64,000 nucleotides of DNA, from NCBI GenBank assembly GCA_029259715.1, contig JAJDEP010000018.1, positions 42,544 through 106,543 on the forward strand, in the 5' to 3' direction. Position 1 is the stretch's first letter. Every line of letters starts with the position of its first letter. This DNA comes from Planctomycetota bacterium. Its GTDB lineage: Bacteria; Planctomycetota; B15-G4. The position numbers and the translations under genes are program-made. The notes beneath the pieces were generated by a model. That model made no database searches. It saw only the letters and a list, made by a program, of their open reading frames with translations, and was not told the DNA's origin. Below, one piece after another: positions 45,730-55,255 of this stretch.

Positions 45730-46942
45730 GCAGCAGCTCGTCCAGGGCGGCCGCCAGGCCGGCGACCTCGGCGGGGCCGTGCTCGGCGGTCACGGTGATG
45801 CGCAGGCGGCAGGACCCGGCCGGCACGGTGGGCGGCCGGATGGCGGGCACCAGGTAGCCGCGTTCGAGCAGGTCCCGCGAGAGTTGCAGCGCACGCTCAC
45901 CGTCGGCCACCGGTACGGGCACGATGGGCACGTCGTCACGCCCGCGGCCGAGGGTCTCGATGCCGGCGGCGGTCAGGGCCGCGCGCAGCGACGCGACGTT
46001 GTCGTGCAGCCGTCGCAGGCGCTGAGGCTCCTCCCGCAGCACGGCCAGCCCCGCCCGCGCCGCGGCCAGCACCGACGGCGGCAGGGCGCAGGTGAAGACG
46101 AAGGTTCCCGAGCGCTGCACCAACAGCTCGCGCAGGTCGGCGTCGGCGAGCACGAAGGCGCCGTAGCTGCCGAGGGCCTTGCCGAGGTTGCCGATCTGCA
46201 CCGCCACGCCCTCGGTGACGCCGGCGGCGGCCGCGGATCCACGTCCGCCGGGGCCGCGCACGCCGAGCCCGTGAGCATCGTCGATGACCAGCAGGGCCCC
46301 GGTGCGGCGGGCCACCTCGGCGATGGCGGCCAGCGGCGCGTCCTCCCCGTCCATGGAATAGACGCCCTCGACGACGATGAGGGCCACGCCCGGGCCGCTC
46401 TTCCCCCGACCGCTCCGGCCCGGTTCGCCGCGGCTCGCCTCGCCCGCCCGCGCCCGCTCCAGGCGCCGCTCGAGATCCACGGCGTCGTTGTGATCGAAGA
46501 CGACGACCTCGGCGCCCGACAGTCGGCAGGCGTCGATGGTGCTGCGGTGGTTGAGCCGGTCGGAGAAGATCATGTCGCCGGGCCCGGCCAGCGCGGTGAT
46601 CACGCCCAGGTTGGCAAGGTAGCCGGCGCCGTACACCAGGGCGGACGGCGCACCGAAGTGCTCGGCCAATTCGGCCTCAAGGCTTTCGCCGAGTGCGCTG
46701 TGACCGGTGAGCAGGCGCGCCGCGCCCGATCCCGAGCCATGCTCGAGGGCGGCGTCGGCGGCCGCACGGGCCGTGCGCTCGTGTCCGGCAAGGCCGAGGT
46801 AGTCACACGACCCGAACGACACGGCGTCGCGTCCCTCGACCCGCACACGGCACCCGCCCAGCCCCTCGGTGGGCCGCAGCCGCCGCTGTTCTCCGGCCTC
46901 CTCGATGGCCGCCAGGCGCGAGGCGATGGAGGGGTGCGCCAC
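45722..46942 (-). CDS. bioF: 8-amino-7-oxononanoate synthase
   Basis: DYLGL, SMDGE, DDAHGLG and GNLGKALG (PLP lysine) motifs. 8-nt overlap with bioA. Confidence 0.85.
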   Translation of the reverse strand: MAHPSIASRLAAIEEAGEQRRLRPTEGLGGCRVRVEGRDAVSFGSCDYLGLAGHERTARAAADAALEHGSGSGAARLLTGHSALGESLEAELAEHFGAPSALVYGAGYLANLGVITALAGPGDMIFSDRLNHRSTIDACRLSGAEVVVFDHNDAVDLERRLERARAGEASRGEPGRSGRGKSGPGVALIVVEGVYSMDGEDAPLAAIAEVARRTGALLVIDDAHGLGVRGPGGRGSAAAAGVTEGVAVQIGNLGKALGSYGAFVLADADLRELLVQRSGTFVFTCALPPSVLAAARAGLAVLREEPQRLRRLHDNVASLRAALTAAGIETLGRGRDDVPIVPVPVADGERALQLSRDLLERGYLVPAIRPPTVPAGSCRLRITVTAEHGPAEVAGLAAALDELLHE

Positions 46943-46945
46943 GGG

Positions 46946-48061
46946 TCAGCGCCTGTCGCCGGCCGCTCCGGCGAGGGTCGTCGGCTGCTCATCCGAGCCC
47001 GGGGCGCCCGCGCCCGACGCACCCACACCGGGCTCACCCACACCGGGACGCCCGTGGGCGCCGTCGGTGGGCGCCAGCGAGAGGTCGCGCAGCATGGCCA
47101 GGTCTTCGTCGGCCCCGCTCCCGCCCGTGGTCAGGTAGTTGCCCACCATGGTAGCGCTGGCCCCCGCCAGGAACATGAGCGGCTGCAAAGTGCCCAGCGT
47201 CACCTCGCGCCCGCCCGCCACCATGATGTGGTGCCGCGGCAGGATGAAGCGGAACACGGCGATGCACTTGAGCGCCTCGAGGGGCGGCAACACGTCGCGC
47301 TCGCCCTCGGGCGTGCCCTCGATGGGGTTGAGGAAGTTGAGCGGCACGATGTCGGGGTCGACCCCGCGCAGTTCGACGGCCAGCTCGACCCGCTGCCGCG
47401 GCGTCTCGCCCATGCCCACGATGCCGCCGCTGCACACACTCATGCCCGCCTTGCGCACGTTGGCAATGGTGGTCAGGCGGTCGTCGTAGCTGTGCGTCGA
47501 GCACGACTCGTCGAAGCGGCTGCGGGCCGTCTCGAGGTTGTGGTTGTAGGTGTGCAGGCCGGCATCCTTGAGTTTGCGCGCCACGCCCTCGTCGGCGATG
47601 AGCCCGAGGGACGCATCGCAGTGCACCGCGCCGTCCTGGGTCACCTCGCGCACGAGGTCGAGCACCTGCTCCAGCTCGGGGCCCTCGTTGAGCCCGCGCC
47701 AGGCGGCCACGAGGCCGAGGGCCTCGGCGCCGTTGCTGCCGGCCTCGCGAGCGGCCTCCTTCACCTGGTCCTTGTCGAGCAGCGCGTACTCCTCGATGCC
47801 CGTGTCGAAACGCGCCGACTGCGAGCAGAAGCCGCAGTCCTCGCTGCAACGACCGCTCTTGGCGTTGACGATGGAGCACAGGTGCACCTCGTCGCCCACG
47901 AAGTGGCGCCGGATGCGGTCGGCGGCGGCCATGAGCGAGAAGACCTCGTCGCGGCCCACCTCCTCCATCAGGCGGGTGCCCTGATCGAGGGAGACCTCCC
48001 CACCTTGCAGCACGGAACGCTCGAGCTCGTCGATGAAGGCGAGCAGCGGCTGGGTCGCCAT
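46946..48061 (-). CDS. bioB: biotin synthase (radical SAM)
   Basis: CSEDCGFCSQS (CxxxCxxC), YNHNLET and SGGIVGMGET motifs. Gly/Ala/Pro-rich C-terminal extension. Confidence 0.9.
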   Translation of the reverse strand: MATQPLLAFIDELERSVLQGGEVSLDQGTRLMEEVGRDEVFSLMAAADRIRRHFVGDEVHLCSIVNAKSGRCSEDCGFCSQSARFDTGIEEYALLDKDQVKEAAREAGSNGAEALGLVAAWRGLNEGPELEQVLDLVREVTQDGAVHCDASLGLIADEGVARKLKDAGLHTYNHNLETARSRFDESCSTHSYDDRLTTIANVRKAGMSVCSGGIVGMGETPRQRVELAVELRGVDPDIVPLNFLNPIEGTPEGERDVLPPLEALKCIAVFRFILPRHHIMVAGGREVTLGTLQPLMFLAGASATMVGNYLTTGGSGADEDLAMLRDLSLAPTDGAHGRPGVGEPGVGASGAGAPGSDEQPTTLAGAAGDRR

Positions 48062-48077
48062 GGTGACCTCCTACGGT

Positions 48078-49124
48078 CTAGCGGTAGTCGGCGAGGATCC
48101 CGTCGAAGGCCTCACGCGACGGACGCAGCGCGTCGGCATCGCATTGGGCCAGGGGCGTCTCGCCGAGGTGCAACGTCTCGTGCAGCGGCCGGCTGTCCTC
48201 GTTGATGAAGATCAGGCCCGTGTAGACGTGACCCTCGTCGAGGCGATCCTTCTCGAGCAGGCGCACCGCGCTGGCATGCAGGGTCGGGTCGTGATCTTCC
48301 TCGCCGAGCTTGTGCAGCACGATGCTGCCGCCGTCGGGCATGGGCACCTGCAGCTCGGTGCCGGGCTCCTGGTCGACCACCGGCGGATCGTAGGGCGCGA
48401 CGTAGCCCACCTCGTGCAGGGAGACGTTGTGCTCCTTGAGCCACGCGAAGCCTTTGGTCGAGTCGGGCAGGTTGTTGAACGTGACACAGGGGCTGAGCGC
48501 GTCGATGAGGGCGAAGCCGTTGTGGTTGATGGCGGCCCGCAACAGGCCCACCATCTGCTTGGCGTCGCCGCTGAAGCTGCGCGCCACGAAGCCACAGCCC
48601 ATGTCGAGGGCCAGCTGGCACAGGTCGATGTCGGCGAAGTCGTTGATGTCGCCGGTCTTGATCCGTGCGCCCTTGTCGGAGGTGGCCGAGAACTGCCCCT
48701 TGGTCAGGCCGTACACGCCATTGTTCTCGACCACGTAGACCATGTTCGTGTTGCGTCGCATGGCGTGGATGAACTGGCCCATGCCGATGCTGGCCGTGTC
48801 GCCGTCGCCGGAGACGCCCACGGTGACCATGTGCCGGTTGGCCACGCTGGCGCCGGTGGCCACCGAAGGCATGCGGCCGTGCACTGAGTTGATGCCGAAG
48901 GCCCGGTTGATGAAGTAGGCCGGGGTCTTGCTCGAGCAGCCGATGCCCGAGGTCTTGGCCACCATGTAGGGGTCGACCCCCGACTCGTAGGTCGCCGTGA
49001 TGATGTGGCGCGTGATCTGGTCGTGGCCGCAGCCCACACACAGCGTCGACTTGGCGCCGGCGTACTCGGACTTCTCGAGGCCGATGGAGTTGGTCTTGAC
49101 CTTCTTGGGGGCAGCGTCAGGCAT
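48078..49124 (-). CDS. korB: 2-oxoacid:ferredoxin oxidoreductase, beta (TPP-binding) subunit
   Basis: CVGCGHD and the TPP motif SGDGDTASIGMGQ...VVENNGVYGLTKGQ. Confidence 0.9.
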   Translation of the reverse strand: MPDAAPKKVKTNSIGLEKSEYAGAKSTLCVGCGHDQITRHIITATYESGVDPYMVAKTSGIGCSSKTPAYFINRAFGINSVHGRMPSVATGASVANRHMVTVGVSGDGDTASIGMGQFIHAMRRNTNMVYVVENNGVYGLTKGQFSATSDKGARIKTGDINDFADIDLCQLALDMGCGFVARSFSGDAKQMVGLLRAAINHNGFALIDALSPCVTFNNLPDSTKGFAWLKEHNVSLHEVGYVAPYDPPVVDQEPGTELQVPMPDGGSIVLHKLGEEDHDPTLHASAVRLLEKDRLDEGHVYTGLIFINEDSRPLHETLHLGETPLAQCDADALRPSREAFDGILADYR

Positions 49125-50940
49125 GAGCGGGTTCCCTCTCGCCGGCGAGAACGCCTTCCTCGACGGCGCGGGCGGGGATGGGCCGCCCGTTGTAGTGCAG
49201 CAGCTTGCGGATCTTGGCGGCCGAACCGGGCACCTTGAGCCGGATCAGGTCGGCCATCTGGCCGTCCCGATTCTGTTCGGCCACGTAGACCACGCGGCAC
49301 TCGTCGATGAACTCGACCACCGCGTCGTGCAGCGGCAGCGAGCGCAGGCGCAGGCTGCGCGTCTTGATGCCCGCGGCGTCGAGGCGGTGGCGCGCCTCTT
49401 CCACCGCGAAGCTCGTGCTGCCGTAGTGGATGATGCCGACTTCGCTGTCGGCGTCTTCGAGCACCGGGGCCGGGGTCGCGCTGGTCGAGTTCTCGATCTT
49501 GCGCTTGATGCGGTCGACGACCTCCTGGTACTCGTCGCCGTCCTCGGTGTACTCGGCCGCGGCCGTGTGACCCGAGCCGCGGGTGAAGTACGGCGCGAGC
49601 GGGTGGCGCGTCCCCGGCAACGTCCGATAGGGAACACCGTCGCCGTCGATGTCGGCGTAGCGCTGGAAGCTGCCGGCCTTCTCGAGCGCCTCCTTGTCGA
49701 GCACCTTGCCGCGGTCGAGGGCGCCCTCGGGGTAGGTGAACTTGTCCGACATCCACAGGTTCATGCCCATGTCGAGGTCGGTCAGCAGGAACACCGGCGT
49801 CTGGAAGCGCTCGGCCAGGTCGAAGGACATGCGGGCGTGCTCGTAGATCTCCTCGGGACCCGCCGGCAGCAGCACGATGTGGTTCGTGTCGCCGTGCGAG
49901 AGGGTCGCGCACATGAGGATGTCGCCCTGCTGCGTGCGGGTGGGCATACCCGTCGAGGGGCCGACCCGCTGCACGTCGATGACCACGCCCGGGATCTCGG
50001 CGTAGTAGCCGTAGCCGGCCAGCTCGCTCATGAGCGAGATGCCCGGGCCGGAGGTGGCCGTCATGGCCCGCGCCCCGGCCCAGCCGGCGCCGAGCACCAG
50101 CCCCATGGAGGCCAGCTCGTCCTCGGCCTGCAGCGAGGCGAAGCGCGCCTCGCCCGTCTCGGCGTCGACCCGGTGCTCCTTGCACAGCTTGATGAATTCT
50201 TCGCACACGCTCGTCGACGGCGTGATCGGATACCACGCCACGACGGTGCAGCCGCCCATGAGCGCGCCGAGGGCCGTGGCCTGGTTGCCCTCCACCAGCA
50301 TCTTGTCGCCGGTCAGATCGCGGGACTCGATGCGGTAGGGACAGGCAGTGTCAGCGAAGTGCTCGCGGGCGTACTCGATGCCGGCATCGACCACCTTCAA
50401 ATTCAGCTCGACGACCTTCTGCTTGCTCGCGAACTGTTGGTTGACCACCTGCTCGAGCACGGCGCGGTCGAGGCCCACCAGCTCGGCCACCACGCCGACG
50501 TAGACCATGTTGGCCAGCAGCTTGCGCAGGCGCGGGTCGGGGCCGAAGCCCCTGGCGATGTCGGCCATGGGCACGCTGTAGACGATCAGGTCGTCGCGAC
50601 CGATGTCCTTGGCCTGGGGGATCTTCTCGTCGATGACGAGCACACCGCCGGGCTCCACCGACGCGATGTCCTCGGCGGCCGTGGCCGGATTCACCGCGAC
50701 CATGAACTGCGTCCGGGCGCCGATGCAGCGGTAGCCCTGCTCGTTGACGCGGATCAGGAACCACGTCGGCAGTCCCGCGATGTTGCTCGGGAAGAAGTTC
50801 TTGGGCGCAACGGGCACGCCCATGTGAAACACGGTCTTGGCCAGGATCGTGTTGCTGGAGGCACTGCCCGAGCCGTTGACGGTGGCGACGCCGATGGTGA
50901 AATCGTTGACGACGGGCTGCGCGGACGAGGGAGGAGTCAT
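49117..50940 (-). CDS. korA: 2-oxoacid:ferredoxin oxidoreductase, alpha subunit
   Basis: Fused gamma/alpha-type N-terminus (VATVNGSGSASSN), then GNQATALGA, YPITPST and SGPGISLM. The start is set at MTPPSS (50940). The longer alternative start is 51048. 8-nt overlap with korB. Confidence 0.85.
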   Translation of the reverse strand: MTPPSSAQPVVNDFTIGVATVNGSGSASSNTILAKTVFHMGVPVAPKNFFPSNIAGLPTWFLIRVNEQGYRCIGARTQFMVAVNPATAAEDIASVEPGGVLVIDEKIPQAKDIGRDDLIVYSVPMADIARGFGPDPRLRKLLANMVYVGVVAELVGLDRAVLEQVVNQQFASKQKVVELNLKVVDAGIEYAREHFADTACPYRIESRDLTGDKMLVEGNQATALGALMGGCTVVAWYPITPSTSVCEEFIKLCKEHRVDAETGEARFASLQAEDELASMGLVLGAGWAGARAMTATSGPGISLMSELAGYGYYAEIPGVVIDVQRVGPSTGMPTRTQQGDILMCATLSHGDTNHIVLLPAGPEEIYEHARMSFDLAERFQTPVFLLTDLDMGMNLWMSDKFTYPEGALDRGKVLDKEALEKAGSFQRYADIDGDGVPYRTLPGTRHPLAPYFTRGSGHTAAAEYTEDGDEYQEVVDRIKRKIENSTSATPAPVLEDADSEVGIIHYGSTSFAVEEARHRLDAAGIKTRSLRLRSLPLHDAVVEFIDECRVVYVAEQNRDGQMADLIRLKVPGSAAKIRKLLHYNGRPIPARAVEEGVLAGEREPAHA

Positions 50941-51078
50941 GGGAGACGGGCTCGGGATGCGCCGAGCCGCACCGTTGCGCGGGTCGTGGATACGCCTCTT
51001 CAAAGGTGGAGACGCTATCGCCCGAACGATATCAAAGGGGACCGACATCGGGAACGGAGCCGACGCCTCGGCGGTCCC

Positions 51079-51405
51079 CTATTCCACCCCGTCGGGGAGC
51101 TGGTCGAGGAGCTCGCGGATCTCGTCGAAGGGCTCGTCATGACCGAGCTGGTGGGCCAGGTCGGCGCCCCGCTGCAGACACGTCTTGGCCTCGGCCCAGC
51201 GCTCCAGCGCGATCAGGCAGCGTCCCCGCCGGATCGTCGCCATCATCCATTGGGGGTCGAGGGCCAGGCAGCGTTCGTAGGATGCGGCCGCCTGCTCCCA
51301 ACGCTCGTCTTCCATGCAGGCCTGGGCCAAGGCGAAGATGTGCAACGGGTTGTCGGGAGCACTCTCATGCAGGGCGGTGAAACGATCGATCTTCTGCTGA
51401 CTCAC
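51079..51405 (-). CDS. small tetratricopeptide-repeat protein
   Basis: 108 aa with TPR-like A/L/W spacing (FALAQACMEDERWEQAAASYERCLALDP...). Confidence 0.6.
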   Translation of the reverse strand: MSQQKIDRFTALHESAPDNPLHIFALAQACMEDERWEQAAASYERCLALDPQWMMATIRRGRCLIALERWAEAKTCLQRGADLAHQLGHDEPFDEIRELLDQLPDGVE

Positions 51406-51503
51406 GGTGGCTGGGCTCTTCGGCGCGGGGAGGGACAGGGCCCGGGGCGGCTCTCCTGTCCGGGCCGGGGGGTGGATTCTAGCCGGGACGGCGAGGCCGC
51501 CCC

Positions 51504-52250
51504 ATGGTGAGCGCCGACTTCACCACGCAGGTGCGGACCGCCCTGGAGGGCCACCGGGAGCACCCGGCCCTGGCCGCCCTGGACGAGGGCACCCTGACCG
51601 CCCTGGCGGAGTTCTGCACCGCTCTGGTGCGGGCCAACGAGCAGCTCAACCTCACGCGCATCACGGCGCCGGAGGACATGGCCGTGTTGCACGTCCTCGA
51701 CGCCCTCTCGGCGGCCGCCTTCCTCGGGGACGACCCCGACGACCCGGCGGCCGCCGGGCGCCCCCTGGTCGACCTCGGCACGGGCGGCGGCGTCCCCGGG
51801 CTGCCCCTGGCCCTGGTCATGCCCAGGCGCCCGGTGGTGCTGATCGACTCCCGCGGCAAGAAGGCCCGGGCCGTGCAGGCCATGGTCGCTGAGCTCGGGC
51901 TGGGCCGCCGCGTGCGGGTCGAGGCGGTGCGCGGTGAGGCCTGGCTGGCCGCGCGGCCGCCGCAGGCCCCCGCCGTCGACGTCGTCACCCGGGCGGTGGG
52001 CGCCCTGCAGCGGCAGCTCGAACTGCTCGGGCCGGTGCGCCACGAGATCGCCCGCCTGGTGGTGATGAAGGGCCCGGCCGGCGACGACGAACGGGCGGCC
52101 CTCGACCCGCCCGCCGACCAACTCGGCTGGGAGCTGACCCACCGCGACGAGACCGAGCTCCCCGGTGAGGCGGGCCGGCGCGTGATCCTGGTCTGGCGCC
52201 CGCTCCCGACACCGCGTGACCCGTCGCAGCCGCGCCGGCGGCGGCGCTAG
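51504..52250 (+). CDS. rsmG: 16S rRNA (guanine527-N7)-methyltransferase
   Basis: NLTRITAPEDMAVLHVLDAL and the SAM motif DLGTGGGVPGLPLA. Confidence 0.85.
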   Translation: MVSADFTTQVRTALEGHREHPALAALDEGTLTALAEFCTALVRANEQLNLTRITAPEDMAVLHVLDALSAAAFLGDDPDDPAAAGRPLVDLGTGGGVPGLPLALVMPRRPVVLIDSRGKKARAVQAMVAELGLGRRVRVEAVRGEAWLAARPPQAPAVDVVTRAVGALQRQLELLGPVRHEIARLVVMKGPAGDDERAALDPPADQLGWELTHRDETELPGEAGRRVILVWRPLPTPRDPSQPRRRRR

Positions 52251-53695
52251 TAGCCCAGCTCGCGCAGCCGCTGCTCCACGCCGGCGTCGAGGTCGCCCTC
52301 CGGCGCCACCCCGTAGCGGGGTTCCTGCCCGTCCAGCCAGGTCGACAGCAGCCCCGTCAGGCGTCGGGTCTGTTCCGGCTCGGCCGCCGAGCGGTCCGTT
52401 TGCTCGTGGGGGTCGGCGACCAGGTCGTGCAGCCGCCGGAGGCCGTCGGGCAGGCGTCGCAGGAGTTTCCAGCGGCCCTCGCGCACGGCCAGCCAACGCT
52501 CCCCTCCGGGTCCCGCCCGCCCGACGGTGAACACCGGCCGCGCAGCAGCTATGCCCCCGGACCCGGAGACCCCAGGCTCGCGCTCCCCCAGCGTGGGCAC
52601 CAGGGACCGCCCTGACGGCTCGCCCCCCCCTGCGGCCGCGCCAACGCCCAGGCCGAAGAGTTCCACCAGGGTCGGGAAGACGTCGACGGTGGAGACGGGC
52701 ACGTCCACCACCCGGCCGGCGGGCAGGCCGGCCCCGGCCATGATCAGCGGCACGTGCACGTACTCCTCGAAGGCCAGCCACGAGTGACCCAGGCTGCCGT
52801 GCTGAGCGAAGGCCTCGCCGTGATCGGAGAGCAGCACGACCAGGGCCTCGTCATCGAGGGCGGCGAGCAAGGCACCCAACTCGGCATCGACCTCGCGCAG
52901 GGTCGCGCGGTAGAGGTTGCGCAGGTGGGCGATGTCAGTGGGCGCCAGCCGCTCCCGGCCCGAGTTGTGACCGTCGAGCTCCGCCTCGCGGCCCGTGACC
53001 GTGCCCTCGTAGCTTGCGTCGACGAAGAGCCGACGGTGTTCGGCGCCGCCGTCGTAGGGCGTGTGCGGTCGCAGGAAGTGCACGTACAGGAACAGGGGCC
53101 GCGCGTCGTCCCGCGCCGCCAGGTCGGCCGCGATGCGGGGCACCATGGCGGGGCCGTCGCTGCGCACGAGCTGCAGCGACTCGAAGCCCTGGTCGAGACC
53201 GAAGGCCGCGCTGGGGAAGGGATTCTGCGAGTAGCCCCGGGTGGCGTAGCCCGCCTGGGCGAAGCGTTCGGCCAGGGTCACCGCGCTCTCGTCGAGGCGC
53301 TTGTCGGTGGCGCCGCCCACCGGATCGACCCCGTGGCTCGGCACCGCCAGCCCGGTGAACAGGCTGGCCGTGGACGGCAGTGTCCAGGTGGTCGGTGACC
53401 AGGCCGAGGCGAAGCGCGTCCCCCGGGCCGCCAGGGCGTCGGCGACCGCGGAGGTCTGCGGGTCGCCGCCGTAGCTGCCGAGGTGCGTGGCGTGGAGGGC
53501 GTCGAGGACCACCACCACGCAGTCGCGCCCGCGCAGGGAGGCCGGGCGGCCCGCGGCACCGCTCGCGTCGGGCCCGGAGGCCCGGTCCGCGTCGCCGCAG
53601 GCCGCCGACACGGCGACCACCAGCCACACGGCCCCGCGCCTCAGGTGCTGCAGGGCTCCTCCGTCGACCGTCGGACTCTTCGCCCGGCGCTCCAC
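52247..53695 (-). CDS. sulfatase-fold (alkaline phosphatase superfamily) lipoprotein with non-canonical active-site residues
   Basis: Lipobox VSAACG. Sulfatase-like VVVLDALHATHLGSYG, LSDHGE and VPLIM. The position of the C/S-x-P-x-R motif reads TLPST. GTG start. Confidence 0.75.
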   Translation of the reverse strand: MERRAKSPTVDGGALQHLRRGAVWLVVAVSAACGDADRASGPDASGAAGRPASLRGRDCVVVVLDALHATHLGSYGGDPQTSAVADALAARGTRFASAWSPTTWTLPSTASLFTGLAVPSHGVDPVGGATDKRLDESAVTLAERFAQAGYATRGYSQNPFPSAAFGLDQGFESLQLVRSDGPAMVPRIAADLAARDDARPLFLYVHFLRPHTPYDGGAEHRRLFVDASYEGTVTGREAELDGHNSGRERLAPTDIAHLRNLYRATLREVDAELGALLAALDDEALVVLLSDHGEAFAQHGSLGHSWLAFEEYVHVPLIMAGAGLPAGRVVDVPVSTVDVFPTLVELFGLGVGAAAGGGEPSGRSLVPTLGEREPGVSGSGGIAAARPVFTVGRAGPGGERWLAVREGRWKLLRRLPDGLRRLHDLVADPHEQTDRSAAEPEQTRRLTGLLSTWLDGQEPRYGVAPEGDLDAGVEQRLRELGY

Positions 53696-53708
53696 GTCGA
53701 ACCTCCGC

Positions 53709-54620
53709 TCAGCCCTCGTCAGCGACGGGCGAGACGAAGCCCTCGGGCTTCACGGTGAGCACCGAGCACTCCACCAGCTGGAGCAACTTCTCGGCGGTGT
53801 TGCCCACGAGCAACCCGGGGATGCCGCTGCGCCCCACCGTGCCCATGACGAGCACGTCGGCGTTGGTCTGCTGGGCCGCCATGGCGATCTCGGCGTCGGG
53901 ACACCCTTGGGCCAGCCACAGCTTCGGGTCGATGCCGGTGGCCGCTTTGAAGGGGTCGGTGAACTCGTGCAGCTTCTTCCAGCTGAATTCGCGCGCCTCG
54001 TGCTTGTAGGCCTCGATCTCCTCGGCGGGCGTACCGCGCAGCCGCATGGCCCCCTCCTTGGGGTACTCCATGCAGTGCACGACGTGCCACTCGCCGCCAG
54101 TGAGCTTCACCAGCGAACTCGAAAGCTCGAGGATGGTCGCGGTGATGCCGTGGAAGCCGGCCGCCGACAGCACCGTGTGCGGCCCGCCGGCGAAGCGACG
54201 CGGAGCGACCCACACCGGGCACGGGCACTTGCGCACGAGCTTGAGGGCGCTGCTACCGACGATGCGGCGCTCGAGCAGGCTGCGCTTCCGCGCCGCCACC
54301 ACCACCAGGTCGTGACCGTTGCGCATCACCGCGCGGGTGATCTCGAGGAACGGCGTGCCCACGGCCACCGAGACCTGCACCGGGTCGGAACCGAGGGCCG
54401 CGCGGGCCTTGTCGGTGAGGATCTCGCGGGCCTGCTCGATGAGCGCCTCGTCGACCGGGTCGGGCAGGACGGTCATGACCGACACCTTGCCGCCGGACTG
54501 CTGCGCTACCCAGGCCGCGTGGGCCAGGGCCGACGCCGGCTCGGCGGGCATCGGGTCCGACGGCACGCTGCTGATCTGCAGCACGTCGATACAGACGAGG
54601 ATGTCCTGGAAGCGTTGCAC
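53709..54620 (-). CDS. tandem universal stress protein
   Basis: Two Usp domains. The C-terminal one has the ATP-binding pattern MGTVGRSGIPGLLVGNTAEKLL. GTG start. Confidence 0.85.
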   Translation of the reverse strand: MQRFQDILVCIDVLQISSVPSDPMPAEPASALAHAAWVAQQSGGKVSVMTVLPDPVDEALIEQAREILTDKARAALGSDPVQVSVAVGTPFLEITRAVMRNGHDLVVVAARKRSLLERRIVGSSALKLVRKCPCPVWVAPRRFAGGPHTVLSAAGFHGITATILELSSSLVKLTGGEWHVVHCMEYPKEGAMRLRGTPAEEIEAYKHEAREFSWKKLHEFTDPFKAATGIDPKLWLAQGCPDAEIAMAAQQTNADVLVMGTVGRSGIPGLLVGNTAEKLLQLVECSVLTVKPEGFVSPVADEG

Positions 54621-54691
54621 TTCGGCTCCTCCTCAAGGCTCTGCGCCGCCGGCGTCGACACGACGGCCACCGACGTCGGCACGAGCGACGA

Positions 54692-54766
54692 TGGAGCCAG
54701 GAGTGGGATTCGAACCCACGACCTCAGCTTTACGAAAGCCGCGCTCTACCACTGAGCTATCCCGGC
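54692..54766 (-). tRNA. tRNA-Thr (anticodon CGT), CCA encoded
   Basis: The reverse complement folds by hand as a cloverleaf: GCCGGGA TA GCTC AGTGGTA GAGC G CGGCT TTCGTAA AGCTG AGGTC GTGGG TTCGAAT CCCAC TCCTGGC T CCA. Confidence 0.9.
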
Positions 54767-54820
54767 GTCGCTTGCCGACGCACGGAGCAACCGATCCGTG
54801 CGGGGCGGAACGATAGCAAA

Positions 54821-55255
54821 ATGGGGCGGTGGGCTATCATCCCGCCCGTGCGCTACCTCCTCGACGGCTACAACCTCGCCCACTGGCTCGCCGACGGGGA
54901 CGACCTTCAGCCCGAGGCGCTCCGGCGGCTGCTGCTGGATGCCCTGGCCCGCCGCCGCCCCCGGGATGCCCGGTCCATCACCATCTATTGGGACGCCAAG
55001 GGGTCCCATGGCCGCGCCCCCCAGAACGAGTACTCGGCCGGGGTGATCGAGCACTTCGTGCCCATCGCCGACGACGCCATCGTCGACGCCGTGGCCGGCG
55101 ACAGCCAGCCTCGGACGCTCCTGGTGGTGAGCCGCGACCGCGAGGTCACCGGCCGGTCGCGGCAGCTCGGCGCCCGGATCGCGACGCCGGCCGACCTGCT
55201 GAGCGACAAGCGCCGGTCCGGTCGTCGACCGGGGGGGCGTCGCCGTGGCCGCTGA
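54821..55255 (+). CDS. NYN-domain (YacP-like) putative RNA-binding/RNase protein
   Basis: YLLDGYNLAHW at the N-terminus and VSRDREV later, as in YacP/PF05991. Arg/Gly-rich tail. Confidence 0.6.
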   Translation: MGRWAIIPPVRYLLDGYNLAHWLADGDDLQPEALRRLLLDALARRRPRDARSITIYWDAKGSHGRAPQNEYSAGVIEHFVPIADDAIVDAVAGDSQPRTLLVVSRDREVTGRSRQLGARIATPADLLSDKRRSGRRPGGRRRGR

